Positions 39,810-49,939 of a stretch of 64,000 nt of DNA are shown piece after piece (position 1 is the stretch's first letter; every line of letters starts with the position of its first letter). The position numbers and the translations under genes were made by a program. This stretch comes from Lachnospiraceae bacterium (GTDB lineage: Bacteria > Bacillota > Clostridia > Lachnospirales > Lachnospiraceae). The notes beneath the pieces were generated by a model. The model did not search any database. It saw only the letters and a list, made by a program, of their open reading frames with translations, and was not told the origin of the DNA. The stretch covers positions 3,359 to 67,358 of the forward strand of contig JAQXVT010000050.1 of the NCBI GenBank assembly GCA_029225065.1, given 5' to 3'.

Positions 39810-41427
39810 ATGAAATACAGTGCGATTATCGCCGATGATGAGCCGAAGATTATTCTGCTCATCCGGCAGCTGGGGCATTTTGAGGAGCTTGGAATTGAGA
39901 TTGTTGATGAATGCCGAAATGGAAAAGAAGCGTATGAGAGCATCCTGAAGCATCATCCGGATTTTGTGCTTTCGGATATCAAGATGCCGGTCTATGATGG
40001 AATCGATCTGATCCGGCGTGTGCGGGAGGCGGAGCAGGACCCGCTTTTTGTGCTGCTGAGTGGATACCGCCATTTTGAGTATGCGAGGAGCGCAATTCAG
40101 CTGAATGTGATGGATTATCTGCTGAAACCGATTGATGAAAAACAGCTGAACGATACATTGCGGCGGGTCTGCAGCCGGATCGATCAGCGACGGGCACAAA
40201 AGGAGGATCGCCAGACGCTGACTGCACTTCGGGCAGATCAGGATGAAAAGGCGATCGGACGGTTCTGGCAGAAGCTGATCCACGACGATCCGTCGATTGA
40301 CGATGCGTATTTTGTATCGGAAGCGCGCTGTAATCAGGAATTTCATACCGCATTTCACGAGGGCTGGTGCTATGAGGTGCTCTACATTTTTTCAAATCTG
40401 AGTGCCGTATTTGGCGAAGAAAACCGGACCGGGGACGGAAGAGTCGACCAGTATATCCAGGAGAGCTTCGGTGGTCATGCGCTGATTTACACGCACAATA
40501 CGTTTATGGGCTACGTCATCGTGCTGCATTTCGAGGAGAAAGGAAAGGCGGAGGTGCGCAAAGGGATTCCGGCACTTTATTACAAGATCCGTGATCTGCA
40601 GGAAATTTACGGAGAGATTCATCTGAATATCGGCTGCAGCCGGATCAAACACAGTACGGCGCAGCTGCAGGAAGCGTTTCACGAGGGCCACAGTGCGGAG
40701 TGGGGGGCGGCTTGTGCTGGCGCGAAACGGGGTGCTGGATTACGACCAGATCTGTACGCTGCCCCGGTTTGAACGGGATGAGCTTGTCACGGAAAAGGAG
40801 CTGCAGCAGCTCATGGAATGCATCAAATACCTGCGCGCCGGCGAATTCGGTGATCTTTTTCAGCGTATTTACCAGCGCTCGGGCGCATTGAACCATTCGA
40901 ACCCGGAGGATATCATGTTTGGGTTCTTTTATCTGCGCTGTGGGCTGATGGAATGCTTTGAGGAGCACTCGCCGGTGTGGGAGCGGATGAATGTGGATAC
41001 ATATTACGCCTACTTAAATGCACGCAGCTTTCAGCAGGTGATCAAAAACATTTATCTCTCATATCAGAAATATATGCAGGAGGAGCAGAAACGGCTGAAA
41101 GAGAAAAAGGGAAAGCCGATTCTGCTGGCTGCCCGGTATGTAAAGGAGCATTACGCCGACCAGATCTCTCTGGAGGAGGTGGCGGAGGCCAGCAATGTTT
41201 CTCCTACCTACTTAAGCAAGCTGTTCAAAAATGAAATGCAGGTCGGATTCAACGATTATCTGACGCAGGTGCGGCTCGAGGAATCAGAAAAGCTGCTGGC
41301 AGAGACAAATCTTTCTGTCCGGGAAATCGCGGCGAAGGTCGGATATCTGGATGAAAAATATTACTCAAAGCTGTTCAAGAAAAGCACGGGAATCAAGCCG
41401 ACGGAGTACCGGAGAATCTACAGCTGA
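39810..41427 (+). pseudogene. AraC-family (YesN-like) response regulator split by a +1 frameshift in a G6 run
   Basis: Receiver domain (ADDE, SDIKMP, LLKP) in one frame and AraC HTH in another. Removing one G at 40702-40707 restores E-W-G-R-L-V-L. Confidence 0.8.
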
Positions 41428-41445
41428 CGGCGCAGGGGGAGAAGG

Positions 41446-42318
41446 ATGAGAATAACAGAATACGTGTTGCTCGCGCTTGTTGCAGTACTGTTCGGGTTGG
41501 TGATCTTTCTGTGCGTGCGGGTCCGCAGTCTGAAGCGGATGCTCCGTTTTCTTGCGCAGGAGGAAAAAAAGAAAAAGAGTGCGGAGAATGTGACTTGGAA
41601 TGAGGAGGAAATGCAGGAGCTTGGGCTTCTGCGCAAACGGATGGAGCTTTCCGTGTTGCAGGAGCAGATCAACCCGCATTTTCTTTACAATACACTGGAC
41701 AGTATCCGGAGCCGTGCGCTGATGGATGACCAGCTGGAGATTGCGAAGATGACGGAGATTCTGTCGCGTTTTTTTCGGTACTGCATCAGCAGGCAGGAAA
41801 ATCTGGTGAAGGTGCGCGAAGAACTGGAACATATCGAAGACTACTATTATATTCAAAAATATCGATTTGAGGATCGAATTGAGCTGGAAATTCATATGGA
41901 ATCGGAGGAACTGTACGACCTGTATCTTCCGAAGATGACACTTCAGCCATTAGTGGAGAATGCGATGATCCACGGCCTGGAAAAGCGGGCCGAGAATGGA
42001 AAGATTGATATCCATCTGTTTCGGGCAGATGAACGGCTGGTGATTCTGATTTCAGACAACGGAGTCGGAATGGACCGCAGACATCTGGATCAGCTGAATG
42101 CGCGGATGCAGGAGCCGTATTTCGACGCGGACCGGAAGCATGGAAGACACAGCGGCATTGCACTGAACAACGTAAATGCGCGGCTGAAGATGACATTCGG
42201 GGAGGACAGTGGTATCCACTATCGCTCGATGGAGGGCGAGGGAACCGATGCGGTTGTGATGCTGCCGGTGGTTGATGTATTTTCCAGAGTGGCATATGAG
42301 GAGAAATCGGAGCTGTGA
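41446..42318 (+). CDS. YesM-type histidine kinase with a single TM helix and no sensor domain
   Basis: QINPHFLYNTL H-box, LQPLVENA and DNGVGM. Confidence 0.92.
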   Translation: MRITEYVLLALVAVLFGLVIFLCVRVRSLKRMLRFLAQEEKKKKSAENVTWNEEEMQELGLLRKRMELSVLQEQINPHFLYNTLDSIRSRALMDDQLEIAKMTEILSRFFRYCISRQENLVKVREELEHIEDYYYIQKYRFEDRIELEIHMESEELYDLYLPKMTLQPLVENAMIHGLEKRAENGKIDIHLFRADERLVILISDNGVGMDRRHLDQLNARMQEPYFDADRKHGRHSGIALNNVNARLKMTFGEDSGIHYRSMEGEGTDAVVMLPVVDVFSRVAYEEKSEL

Positions 42319-42469
42319 TGGGATATGGAAGTGTGCACAGGCGAGATAGAAAGTATTATTTTTAAGTGACCCCGGATGGAACAGCTGAAAGCCAGACAGA
42401 GCTCGTAAAACAGAAAAGACGTCTGTACCATGAGAGCGGACAGGACAGAATGACGGAGAAACAGCAGAT

Positions 42470-43861
42470 ATGAAAGAATTACTTCGGATCACGCACGGCA
42501 TGCAGGATCAGGCCGGGGAGGATGCGCTTTACGATTACAATTTGGAGGTATACGAGGGAGAAATCCTCTACATTCAGGGAATGCCGGGAAACGGAATACG
42601 GACTCTGATGAATATTTTTGCCGGGGACTGTGCGTTAAAAAGTGGTAAACTGCTCTTAAACGGAAAGGAAGTATCCGGCTACAATCGAGACGGGGCGTTT
42701 CTGCACGGTATCTACACAATCACAGCGGAGCGCGACCTTGTGGAGACACTGACCGTTGCGGAGAATCTGGAAGCGATCCGGTATCTGCCATTTTCCGGAA
42801 GTCTGTACAGCAGGAAACGCTCAACCAGACGGGTAAAGAAATATCTGGAGCAGGAGGGTGTGCACATCAGCGCGGAGGATTACGTCTGGACGATTGGCAG
42901 TAAGGACCGGAAGCGTCTTAGCATTCTGAAGGCGAAAATGCACGGCGCACGTCTGATTATCCTCGACGCGATGAATGAGCTGTATGAGGGAAAAGAAGCA
43001 GAGGAGATCTGCAGCCTGATCCAAAAGGCGAACCGGGAGGGAATCACGTTTGTGATTCTGACGCAGCATTACAATATGCTGGCGGAGATCGCTGACCGCA
43101 TCCAGCTCGTATCGCGCGGAATTGATCTGAAGGAGTGGCGGGAACTGAGCGACCGGATACGAAATGTTCTGCGCGATCCGATGGGATACCAGCAGGAAAG
43201 TGGCAAACCGGGAAGTGGGGCCGGGCAGAAGTGTTTTAGCGGCTTTCTCGGATTGTACGATTATGAGTGGGAGACGGAGCGGGAATTTCGCAATTATCTG
43301 GTGCTTCTGAGGCGGGAAAACGAGGCGCTGTGGAATGCGGAAATCTGGGCGGAGCTGCCGGAAAAAGGATTCGTCGCCGGTCGCGGCACGGTCCTGATTC
43401 AGCAGGACAGCGCGGAGAAGCTCCTTATGAATTTAAGCATCGCAGACAATTTAATTCTGCCGATTCCGCGCCGTGTCAGCCGCAGCTGCATCGGTTTGAT
43501 TCCGAAACATATCGAGAAGAATATCGCGGACCGGTTTTATACAGTGACGGGAGTAGATGCGGCAAAAACGGAAATCTGTGAGCTGGACCGCGTGGAGCGT
43601 AAGATTCTGTCCATCTACCGCTGGGCTGCGAGTCATCCCAAGGTGATGATTCTGGAGCGTCCATACAGCGGTTTTCACCCGGAGGAAGTGCAGCGTATCC
43701 GGAATTTTCTTCAGGATCTGGAACAGAAAGGAATCCGGATCATTTACTTTTCAAAGGCATTTGATGAGATGCAGCTGGACTGTGAGAAGATTCTGATCTC
43801 GCATAATGGCAGGAGTGCAAAAATGACCACCCCGATCACATTTTTTTCCACTCCCGAATGA
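42470..43861 (+). CDS. Degenerate two-NBD sugar-ABC ATPase-like protein (predicted inactive)
   Basis: RbsA-like layout, but Walker A reads GMPGNGIRT, Walker B reads LIILDA and MILERP, and there is no LSGG signature. Confidence 0.75.
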   Translation: MKELLRITHGMQDQAGEDALYDYNLEVYEGEILYIQGMPGNGIRTLMNIFAGDCALKSGKLLLNGKEVSGYNRDGAFLHGIYTITAERDLVETLTVAENLEAIRYLPFSGSLYSRKRSTRRVKKYLEQEGVHISAEDYVWTIGSKDRKRLSILKAKMHGARLIILDAMNELYEGKEAEEICSLIQKANREGITFVILTQHYNMLAEIADRIQLVSRGIDLKEWRELSDRIRNVLRDPMGYQQESGKPGSGAGQKCFSGFLGLYDYEWETEREFRNYLVLLRRENEALWNAEIWAELPEKGFVAGRGTVLIQQDSAEKLLMNLSIADNLILPIPRRVSRSCIGLIPKHIEKNIADRFYTVTGVDAAKTEICELDRVERKILSIYRWAASHPKVMILERPYSGFHPEEVQRIRNFLQDLEQKGIRIIYFSKAFDEMQLDCEKILISHNGRSAKMTTPITFFSTPE

Positions 43862-43928
43862 AGCAGGGCACTGCTATACTAAAGACATCAGAAAGGCACG
43901 GAAGGTGCCAAGAACGGGAGGAAACAAA

Positions 43929-44981
43929 ATGAAAAAGAGATTGATGGCAGTACTTATGGCAGGCTGTATGGCACTTGGATGCCTGGGCAGCGCAGCAGGC
44001 GTAATGGCAGCAGAGGATGAGACGACGGCAGAGGCTGTGACTGAGGCGGTTGCAGAGGAGGCAGAAAAACAGGGCGAAGACCTGACCGGTAAGAAGGTAG
44101 GTTTTTCCGCACTGATGATGTCTTCCGAGTTCTTTACCGATATGTCCAACCAGATGGAGGATTACTTCACTGGATACGGAATGGAGTATGAGGTAGCCGA
44201 TGCGGCAGGAAACGCACAGACGCAGATCCAGACCGTAGAGAACTTCGTTTCCATGGGAATGGATTACATCATCTGTTTCGTTGTAGATGCTTCTTCCATC
44301 AGCGACGCGCTGATCAAGGCAAGAGAGCAGGGCGCATACATTATCGTCATCGGAACGGTACTGGACAACCCGGATGCATACGATGTCTGCATCAACATCA
44401 GCCAGAATGAGTCCGGCTGTGTGGAAGCACAGATGGCGGCAGACTGGATCGATGCGACGTTCCCGGATGCAGAGGACGGATCGGTCAAAGTCGGACTTCT
44501 GACTAACTCCGAAAATGAGGATGCCGTATCCAGATGCGACGGACTTCGCGAGATCGTAAATTATACATCGAAGGCAACGATCGTGGAGGAGCACGAGACG
44601 GTACAGGCTGACGGCTCCGCAGTTCCGCAGAGCTATGCAGAGATGATGCTGATGAACAATCCGGATCTGAACGTGATTCTTACCTATGGAACCGATCAGG
44701 GCCAGGGCGCAAACGAGGCAGTCATGAAAGACACCAACGTAAACAAAGACGAGTTCGCAGTCTTCACGATTGATACCGCAGAGTTTATCCGTGAGAAGGT
44801 AAAGGCTTCTGTTACGAATGATTCCGTAATCCGTGGTACGGTAATGCTTGGTGAAGGTACACCGATGACCTGCTACAAGCTGATGGACGGCACATGGGCA
44901 GACCGTATCGTAGACAAGGTTTACTCTGAGCGCTGCATCGAGATCACACCGGATACCATTGGTGAGTATTTCCCGGAATAA
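43929..44981 (+). CDS. Monosaccharide ABC substrate-binding protein (RbsB-like)
   Basis: ADAAGNAQTQIQTVENF, GAYIIVIG. Start moved to MKKRL. Confidence 0.88.
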   Translation: MKKRLMAVLMAGCMALGCLGSAAGVMAAEDETTAEAVTEAVAEEAEKQGEDLTGKKVGFSALMMSSEFFTDMSNQMEDYFTGYGMEYEVADAAGNAQTQIQTVENFVSMGMDYIICFVVDASSISDALIKAREQGAYIIVIGTVLDNPDAYDVCINISQNESGCVEAQMAADWIDATFPDAEDGSVKVGLLTNSENEDAVSRCDGLREIVNYTSKATIVEEHETVQADGSAVPQSYAEMMLMNNPDLNVILTYGTDQGQGANEAVMKDTNVNKDEFAVFTIDTAEFIREKVKASVTNDSVIRGTVMLGEGTPMTCYKLMDGTWADRIVDKVYSERCIEITPDTIGEYFPE

Positions 44982-44997
44982 GAGAAAGCAGATGATG

Positions 44998-45046
44998 GAC
45001 TGCTGCATGGCGGTGGAGTCAGAGCCGCTTTGCAGCAGTCCTTTTA
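44998..45046 (+). terminator. Intercistronic hairpin after the SBP gene
   Basis: GGACTGCTGCA / TGCAGCAGTCC followed by TTTT. Confidence 0.7.
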
Positions 45047-45068
45047 CGAAGCGTAAAGGGGTATCAAT

Positions 45069-46559
45069 ATGGCAAAGGTATTGGAAGTAAAAAACATCAC
45101 CAAGACATATCCCGGTGTTGTCGCGCTGGATCACGTTTCATTTGATGTGGAAAAGGGAGAGATCCTTGCACTGATCGGGGAAAACGGGGCTGGAAAATCC
45201 ACAGTGATCAAGTCAATTTCAGGAGCGATCACGCCGGATTCCGGATCGATTGTGATCGATGGAAAGGAATATGAAAAGCTGACCCCAATGCAGGCAAAGG
45301 AAGCCGGAATCGGGGTTGTTTATCAGGAACTGAATCTCGTGCCGTCGCTTAGCATCATGGAAAATATTTTCCTCGGCGACCGGGTCGGCAAAGCACGGTT
45401 TCTGCCGGATTTCAAGATAATGCGCAAAAAGGCACAGGAAATCATGAACGACCTCGGCGTAAAGATCGATGTATCGACGCAGGTGCAGATGCTCTCTACC
45501 GCGCAGATGCAGATCGTGGAGATCGCAAAAGCGGTTGTAAAAAACTGCAAGGTGCTGATCATGGACGAGCCGTCCGCGTCAATTCCGATGGCGGAGGTGG
45601 AGAACATGTTCCGCATCGTGCGCAGACTGAAGGAAAAAGGCGTGTCGGTCATCTACATCAGCCACCGTCTGGAGGAGCTCTTTGAGTTGTGCGACCGCGT
45701 GACCGTTTTCCGGGACGGAAAATTTGTCGTGACAAGAAACGTAAAGGACATTACCAAGAAGGAACTCATCCGATATATGATCGGCCGTGAGCTGACCGAG
45801 AAATTCCCGGAGCGAAATGTGAAGATCGGCGAACCGGTGCTGCAGGTAAAGGACCTGACCGGAAATGGTGATTTCCACATTAATTTGGAACTGCACAAGG
45901 GAGAAATTCTTGGACTGGCCGGACTGGTCGGAGCAGGCCGCACGGAGCTTGCAAAGATGCTCTGCGGCGATGTGAAGCCGGACAGCGGTGAAATTATCGT
46001 AAAAGGAAAGCCGATGAGAGCTGCATCCGCAGCGGACGGCGTAGAGGCTGGTATCGGTCTGGTGCCGGAGGACCGAAAGCTGGAGGGTGTGTTCCTGGAG
46101 TATACAATCGAGTGGAACATTCCGATTATGAGCATGAAGCGGATCAGCCACATGGGTGTCGTGGACTTTAAGAAGGCGGATCAGCTGACTGATACATATG
46201 TAAAACAGCTTGGCATCAAAACGCCGACCGTAAAGCAGCTGGTCAAGAACCTCTCCGGAGGCAATCAGCAGAAGGTTGTCGTGGCAAAGGTGCTTGCGGC
46301 GGACAACGATATCCTGATCTTCGATGAGCCGACGAGGGGTATCGATGTCGGAGCAAAGCAGGAGATATACAAGCTGATGAATCAGCTGGTCGAGGAGGGC
46401 CGTTCGATTCTGATGATCTCCTCAGAGATGGAGGAGCTGCTTGGAATGAGCGACCGGATACTGGTGCTTCACGAGGGCAAATTAAGCGGAGAACTGTCGA
46501 AAAACGAGTTCAGCCAGGATCACGTCCTGGAACTGGCTTCCGGAATGGTGGAGGAATAA
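45069..46559 (+). CDS. Monosaccharide ABC ATPase (RbsA/MglA type)
   Basis: GENGAGKS, VYQELNL, VPEDRK, LSGGNQQK, DEPTRGIDVGAK. Confidence 0.96.
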   Translation: MAKVLEVKNITKTYPGVVALDHVSFDVEKGEILALIGENGAGKSTVIKSISGAITPDSGSIVIDGKEYEKLTPMQAKEAGIGVVYQELNLVPSLSIMENIFLGDRVGKARFLPDFKIMRKKAQEIMNDLGVKIDVSTQVQMLSTAQMQIVEIAKAVVKNCKVLIMDEPSASIPMAEVENMFRIVRRLKEKGVSVIYISHRLEELFELCDRVTVFRDGKFVVTRNVKDITKKELIRYMIGRELTEKFPERNVKIGEPVLQVKDLTGNGDFHINLELHKGEILGLAGLVGAGRTELAKMLCGDVKPDSGEIIVKGKPMRAASAADGVEAGIGLVPEDRKLEGVFLEYTIEWNIPIMSMKRISHMGVVDFKKADQLTDTYVKQLGIKTPTVKQLVKNLSGGNQQKVVVAKVLAADNDILIFDEPTRGIDVGAKQEIYKLMNQLVEEGRSILMISSEMEELLGMSDRILVLHEGKLSGELSKNEFSQDHVLELASGMVEE

Positions 46560-46562
46560 GAT

Positions 46563-47546
46563 ATGTCAAAAGTAGTTGATTTTTGCAGAAGAAACCTGGC
46601 ATGGGTACTGCTGCTTCTGATCTGTATCGTATTTACATTTACGAGCAAAAACTTTCTTACAATCACGAACCTGTTAAACATTCTGAATCAGAATGCCTAT
46701 ATTATCATCTGTACCTATGGTATCGCGCTGATCATGATGTCCGGCGGACTGGATATGGCGGTCGGCTATCAGATGAGTATCTGCGGCGTTTTGTGTGCGC
46801 TGATGCTGACTCGCACCGGACTTCCGATTCCGGTAATCGTGGTGATTACCATCGCAATCAGCGTTCTGTTCGGAGCCCTTGGCACACTGCTTGAGCAGCT
46901 GCTTCAGCTGCCGCGTATCTTCGTTTCCATCGGACTGAGCACGGTATATCAGGGTGTGGCATACGTAATCACAAACTCCAAAACGATTTCTGGTCTGCCG
47001 GATGTGTTTAAAGCAATCGGCCAGGGCACAATCTTTCATCCGAGCCTGACCTATGCGACGATCCTCATGATCATCGGCGGCATCGTGATGAGCTTTATCA
47101 TGGACCGCACATACTTCGGACGTTACGTCTTTGCACTTGGCGGAAATGAATCTGCGGCCAGACTTGCCGGTATCAACGTAAAGCGCATAAAATATGCGAT
47201 CGGCTGTGTGGCAGGATTCTTTTGCGGCATCGGTGCAATTATCCTGACTTCCCGTGTCGGAGCAGCTGCGGCAGGTACCGCAGCCGGAACTGAAATCACG
47301 ATCATGACCGGCGTTCTGGTCGGCGGCGTATCCGTCCGCGGCGGTGACGGCAAGATCGCAAACTGTATCGCCGGTGTCCTGATCATGGGACTTCTAGCAA
47401 ACGGCATGCAGCTGGCAGGCCTGAACACGTACTATCAGTATATCGCAAAGGGCGCAATCATGCTGCTTGTGATGTGGTTCGACGCATTCCAGATCAAGCG
47501 CAGAGCGATCGCTGCAAATAAGAGAAAAGAGGAGCACGCGGCGTAA
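46563..47546 (+). CDS. Monosaccharide ABC permease (RbsC type)
   Basis: TYFGRYVFALGGNESAARLAGI, VGGVSVRGG. Confidence 0.94.
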   Translation: MSKVVDFCRRNLAWVLLLLICIVFTFTSKNFLTITNLLNILNQNAYIIICTYGIALIMMSGGLDMAVGYQMSICGVLCALMLTRTGLPIPVIVVITIAISVLFGALGTLLEQLLQLPRIFVSIGLSTVYQGVAYVITNSKTISGLPDVFKAIGQGTIFHPSLTYATILMIIGGIVMSFIMDRTYFGRYVFALGGNESAARLAGINVKRIKYAIGCVAGFFCGIGAIILTSRVGAAAAGTAAGTEITIMTGVLVGGVSVRGGDGKIANCIAGVLIMGLLANGMQLAGLNTYYQYIAKGAIMLLVMWFDAFQIKRRAIAANKRKEEHAA

Positions 47547-47718
47547 GAAGCAAAAATACAGGAAAAAAGACAGGCTGCAAAGCAGATAAAAAATCCTGCC
47601 GGCAGCCTGTTTTGATTAAAGTGCCCTGTTTTAACTGCGCCCGCAATGGGTGGAGACTCATATCCGCCTTGTCAGGTCAAAGTGGCTATTCGCAATCCGC
47701 CTCACTGCTCGGTTAAAA

Positions 47719-48072
47719 TCAGTGTGATTCTCTGTGTGTCCCGCGCACAACCATAATTCCGCGGTCTCCGATCATGTGGCAGATCGCAGTGATCCGCGGG
47801 CATTCCTCACCATTGCGGTTTAGGCAACAGACACCGACGTGGACGGTTTCAATGTTTTCGCTGACGAGGCGGTCGATCTTCTCGCTCATTCCCTTGTCGT
47901 CTGCCGTTTCCGTCATGCTGCGGCAGCCGTTGCACGTCATCATGGCTGCGAGGACGGTATCCTGTGGATAACCGGCGAAAAAAGCGGTCCGGTTGTTGAA
48001 AGCGGACAGACAGGAGACTCTGGCACAGACGTCGTTGGAGTGAAGACAGGTGAGAGCTGCGATTTTTTTCAT
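47719..48072 (-). CDS. CGGC-domain-like Cys-rich protein
   Basis: MKKIAALTC..CARVSCL..F, TCNGC, VHVGVC and CP pattern. Confidence 0.8.
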   Translation of the reverse strand: MKKIAALTCLHSNDVCARVSCLSAFNNRTAFFAGYPQDTVLAAMMTCNGCRSMTETADDKGMSEKIDRLVSENIETVHVGVCCLNRNGEECPRITAICHMIGDRGIMVVRGTHRESH

Positions 48073-48114
48073 AGTGAGTGCTCCTTTCAAAGATGATATT
48101 TGCAATTTATATAT

Positions 48115-48600
48115 TTAAGAATGCCCCGGGAATTCCTGCTGACAGCTGCCCGGGCATATCTGCTGCACATGAGGTGCGCAGGCGACCCCATCCTCCTCAC
48201 ATTCCTCCCACACGGGCATCGGTGCACCGGTCTGCAGCGACTGACGAATTGCCCGGTAATGCGCAATCTTATGGTGAACGTGCGCGGAATCCTTCTGGAG
48301 CTGTGCGAGCTTTTCGTTGACCTGCGCTTCCTGTTCCTCCAGCAGTGCGATGATATCATCGATGTGTGCTGCCTCGTCTGTCTCGTATTCAAACAGCTTT
48401 TTGAGCTGTGCGATCGTCATGCCGGTTCGCTTGAAACAGTTGATGCAGTGCAGCCGGTCGATGTGCTCCTGGGTATAGATGCGCTGACCGGAAGCGGATT
48501 TCTGTACGTTTGTAAGAAGCCCCTCCTCCTCGTAATAGCGAAGCGTGGAGAGGGGAAGCGAAAAAAGGCGTGATATTTCACGAATTGTGTAAGTGTGCAT
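48115..48600 (-). CDS. MerR-family regulator (AdhR-like)
   Basis: YTIREISR...STLRYYEEEGLL, CINC motif. Confidence 0.92.
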   Translation of the reverse strand: MHTYTIREISRLFSLPLSTLRYYEEEGLLTNVQKSASGQRIYTQEHIDRLHCINCFKRTGMTIAQLKKLFEYETDEAAHIDDIIALLEEQEAQVNEKLAQLQKDSAHVHHKIAHYRAIRQSLQTGAPMPVWEECEEDGVACAPHVQQICPGSCQQEFPGHS

Positions 48601-48615
48601 AGGAAACCTCCTGAA

Positions 48616-48665
48616 TCAAAGCGGATATTCGCAATCCGCTTCGCTGCTTGTCTGACTCGGTAAAA
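48616..48665 (+). repeat. Best copy of the dispersed REP-like hairpin family
   Basis: TCAAAGCGGATATTCGCAATCCGCTTCGCTGCTTGTCTGACTCGGTAAAA. Related copies near 1516, 9546, 9605, 15610, 23434, 27651, 28596, 30275, 36283 and 47676. Confidence 0.9.
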
Positions 48666-48681
48666 GTACTGGAAAAATATC

Positions 48682-48712
48682 TTGACTTCAAGTATACTTG
48701 AGGTGATAAGGT
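48682..48712 (+). promoter_or_regulatory. MerR-type promoter with a 19-bp spacer and dyad
   Basis: TTGACT-19-TAAGGT enclosing the perfect palindrome TCAAGTATACTTGA. Confidence 0.85.
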
Positions 48713-48749
48713 TTTGTAAAGAACAAAGCATGAAGAGGAGGAAAAAAAG

Positions 48750-49874
48750 ATGGAAAAATCAACCGTTTATTTTACCGATTTTCGTTGTCCGGTCGGCACG
48801 AGCCAGCTTGATAAGCTAAGAAAGCTCTGCATTGCAGCCGGAATCAAGGATATCGATATGGACGGAAAATTTGTGGCGATCAAGATGCATTTCGGAGAGC
48901 TTGGCAACATGGCATTCCTGCGTCCGAATTATGCGAAGGTGGTCGCAGATCTTTGTAAGGAGCAGGGCGGCAAGCCGTTTCTTACCGACTGCAACACACT
49001 GTATCCGGGAAGCCGCAAAAATGCGCTGGAGCATCTGGACTGCGCAAATCTGAATGGATTTAATACAATCACAACGGGTTGCCAGATCATCATTGCAGAT
49101 GGAATCCGCGGAACGGATGAGGTAGAGGTTCCGGTCGTAAACGGAGAGTACTGCAAGACGGCGTACATTGGCCATGCGATCATGGATGCCGATATTTTCA
49201 TCAGCCTAAGCCACTTTAAGGGACATGAGGCGACAGGCTTCGGCGGTGCACTGAAGAATATCGGAATGGGCTGCGGAAGCCGTGCCGGAAAAATGCAGCA
49301 GCATGCAAGCGGCAAGCCGGCCGTCAACGAAGAGCTGTGCCGTGGATGCCGTCGCTGTGCAAAGGAGTGCGGAAGCGACGCAATCACCTATCCGAATAAG
49401 AAGGCAGTCATCGATTACGATAAGTGCAAGGGCTGCGGACGCTGCATCGGAGCCTGCAGCTTTGACGCAGTTTACAATCCGAACAGCAGTGCAAACGAGC
49501 TGCTCGACCGTAAGATGGCAGAGTATGCACAGGCAGTCTGTCACGGACGCCCGTGTTTCCACATTTCTCTCGTACAGGATATCAGCCCGAACTGCGACTG
49601 TCATGGCGAGAACGATGCTCCGATCCTTCCGAACATTGGTATGTTCGCAAGCTTTGACCCGGTAGCACTCGATCAGGCGTGTGCGGATGCATGCCTCGAG
49701 GCAACGCCGATCGCAAACAGCCAGCTTGGCGAGCATCTGGCAAAGCCGGGATGGCATTTCCATCACGACCACTTCAAGGATTCCAACCCGAACATCGAGT
49801 GGGAAGCAACGCTGGATCAGGCGGAGAAGGTTGGCCTTGGCAGAAGAGAGTATGAACTGAAGCGAATAAAATAA
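48750..49874 (+). CDS. DUF362-domain protein with a 2[4Fe-4S] ferredoxin insert
   Basis: AIKMHFGE, SHFKGH, CRGCRRCAKEC, CKGCGRCIGAC, DPVALDQAC. Confidence 0.9.
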   Translation: MEKSTVYFTDFRCPVGTSQLDKLRKLCIAAGIKDIDMDGKFVAIKMHFGELGNMAFLRPNYAKVVADLCKEQGGKPFLTDCNTLYPGSRKNALEHLDCANLNGFNTITTGCQIIIADGIRGTDEVEVPVVNGEYCKTAYIGHAIMDADIFISLSHFKGHEATGFGGALKNIGMGCGSRAGKMQQHASGKPAVNEELCRGCRRCAKECGSDAITYPNKKAVIDYDKCKGCGRCIGACSFDAVYNPNSSANELLDRKMAEYAQAVCHGRPCFHISLVQDISPNCDCHGENDAPILPNIGMFASFDPVALDQACADACLEATPIANSQLGEHLAKPGWHFHHDHFKDSNPNIEWEATLDQAEKVGLGRREYELKRIK

Positions 49875-49886
49875 GAATAAAAATAA

Positions 49887-49939
49887 AAAACGGAACCGTC
49901 ACATCTGCGGGAATTTTTGCAGGCGATGGTTCCGTTTTG
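49887..49939 (+). terminator. Intrinsic terminator
   Basis: AAAACGGAACC / GGTTCCGTTTT. Confidence 0.75.

Noticed and set aside
43836-45134. 432-aa minus-strand ORF, and similar long antisense ORFs such as 58150-59247, 61551-62474 and 22318-23139
   Set aside because: They are shadow frames of well-supported genes on the opposite strand, with no recognisable motifs.
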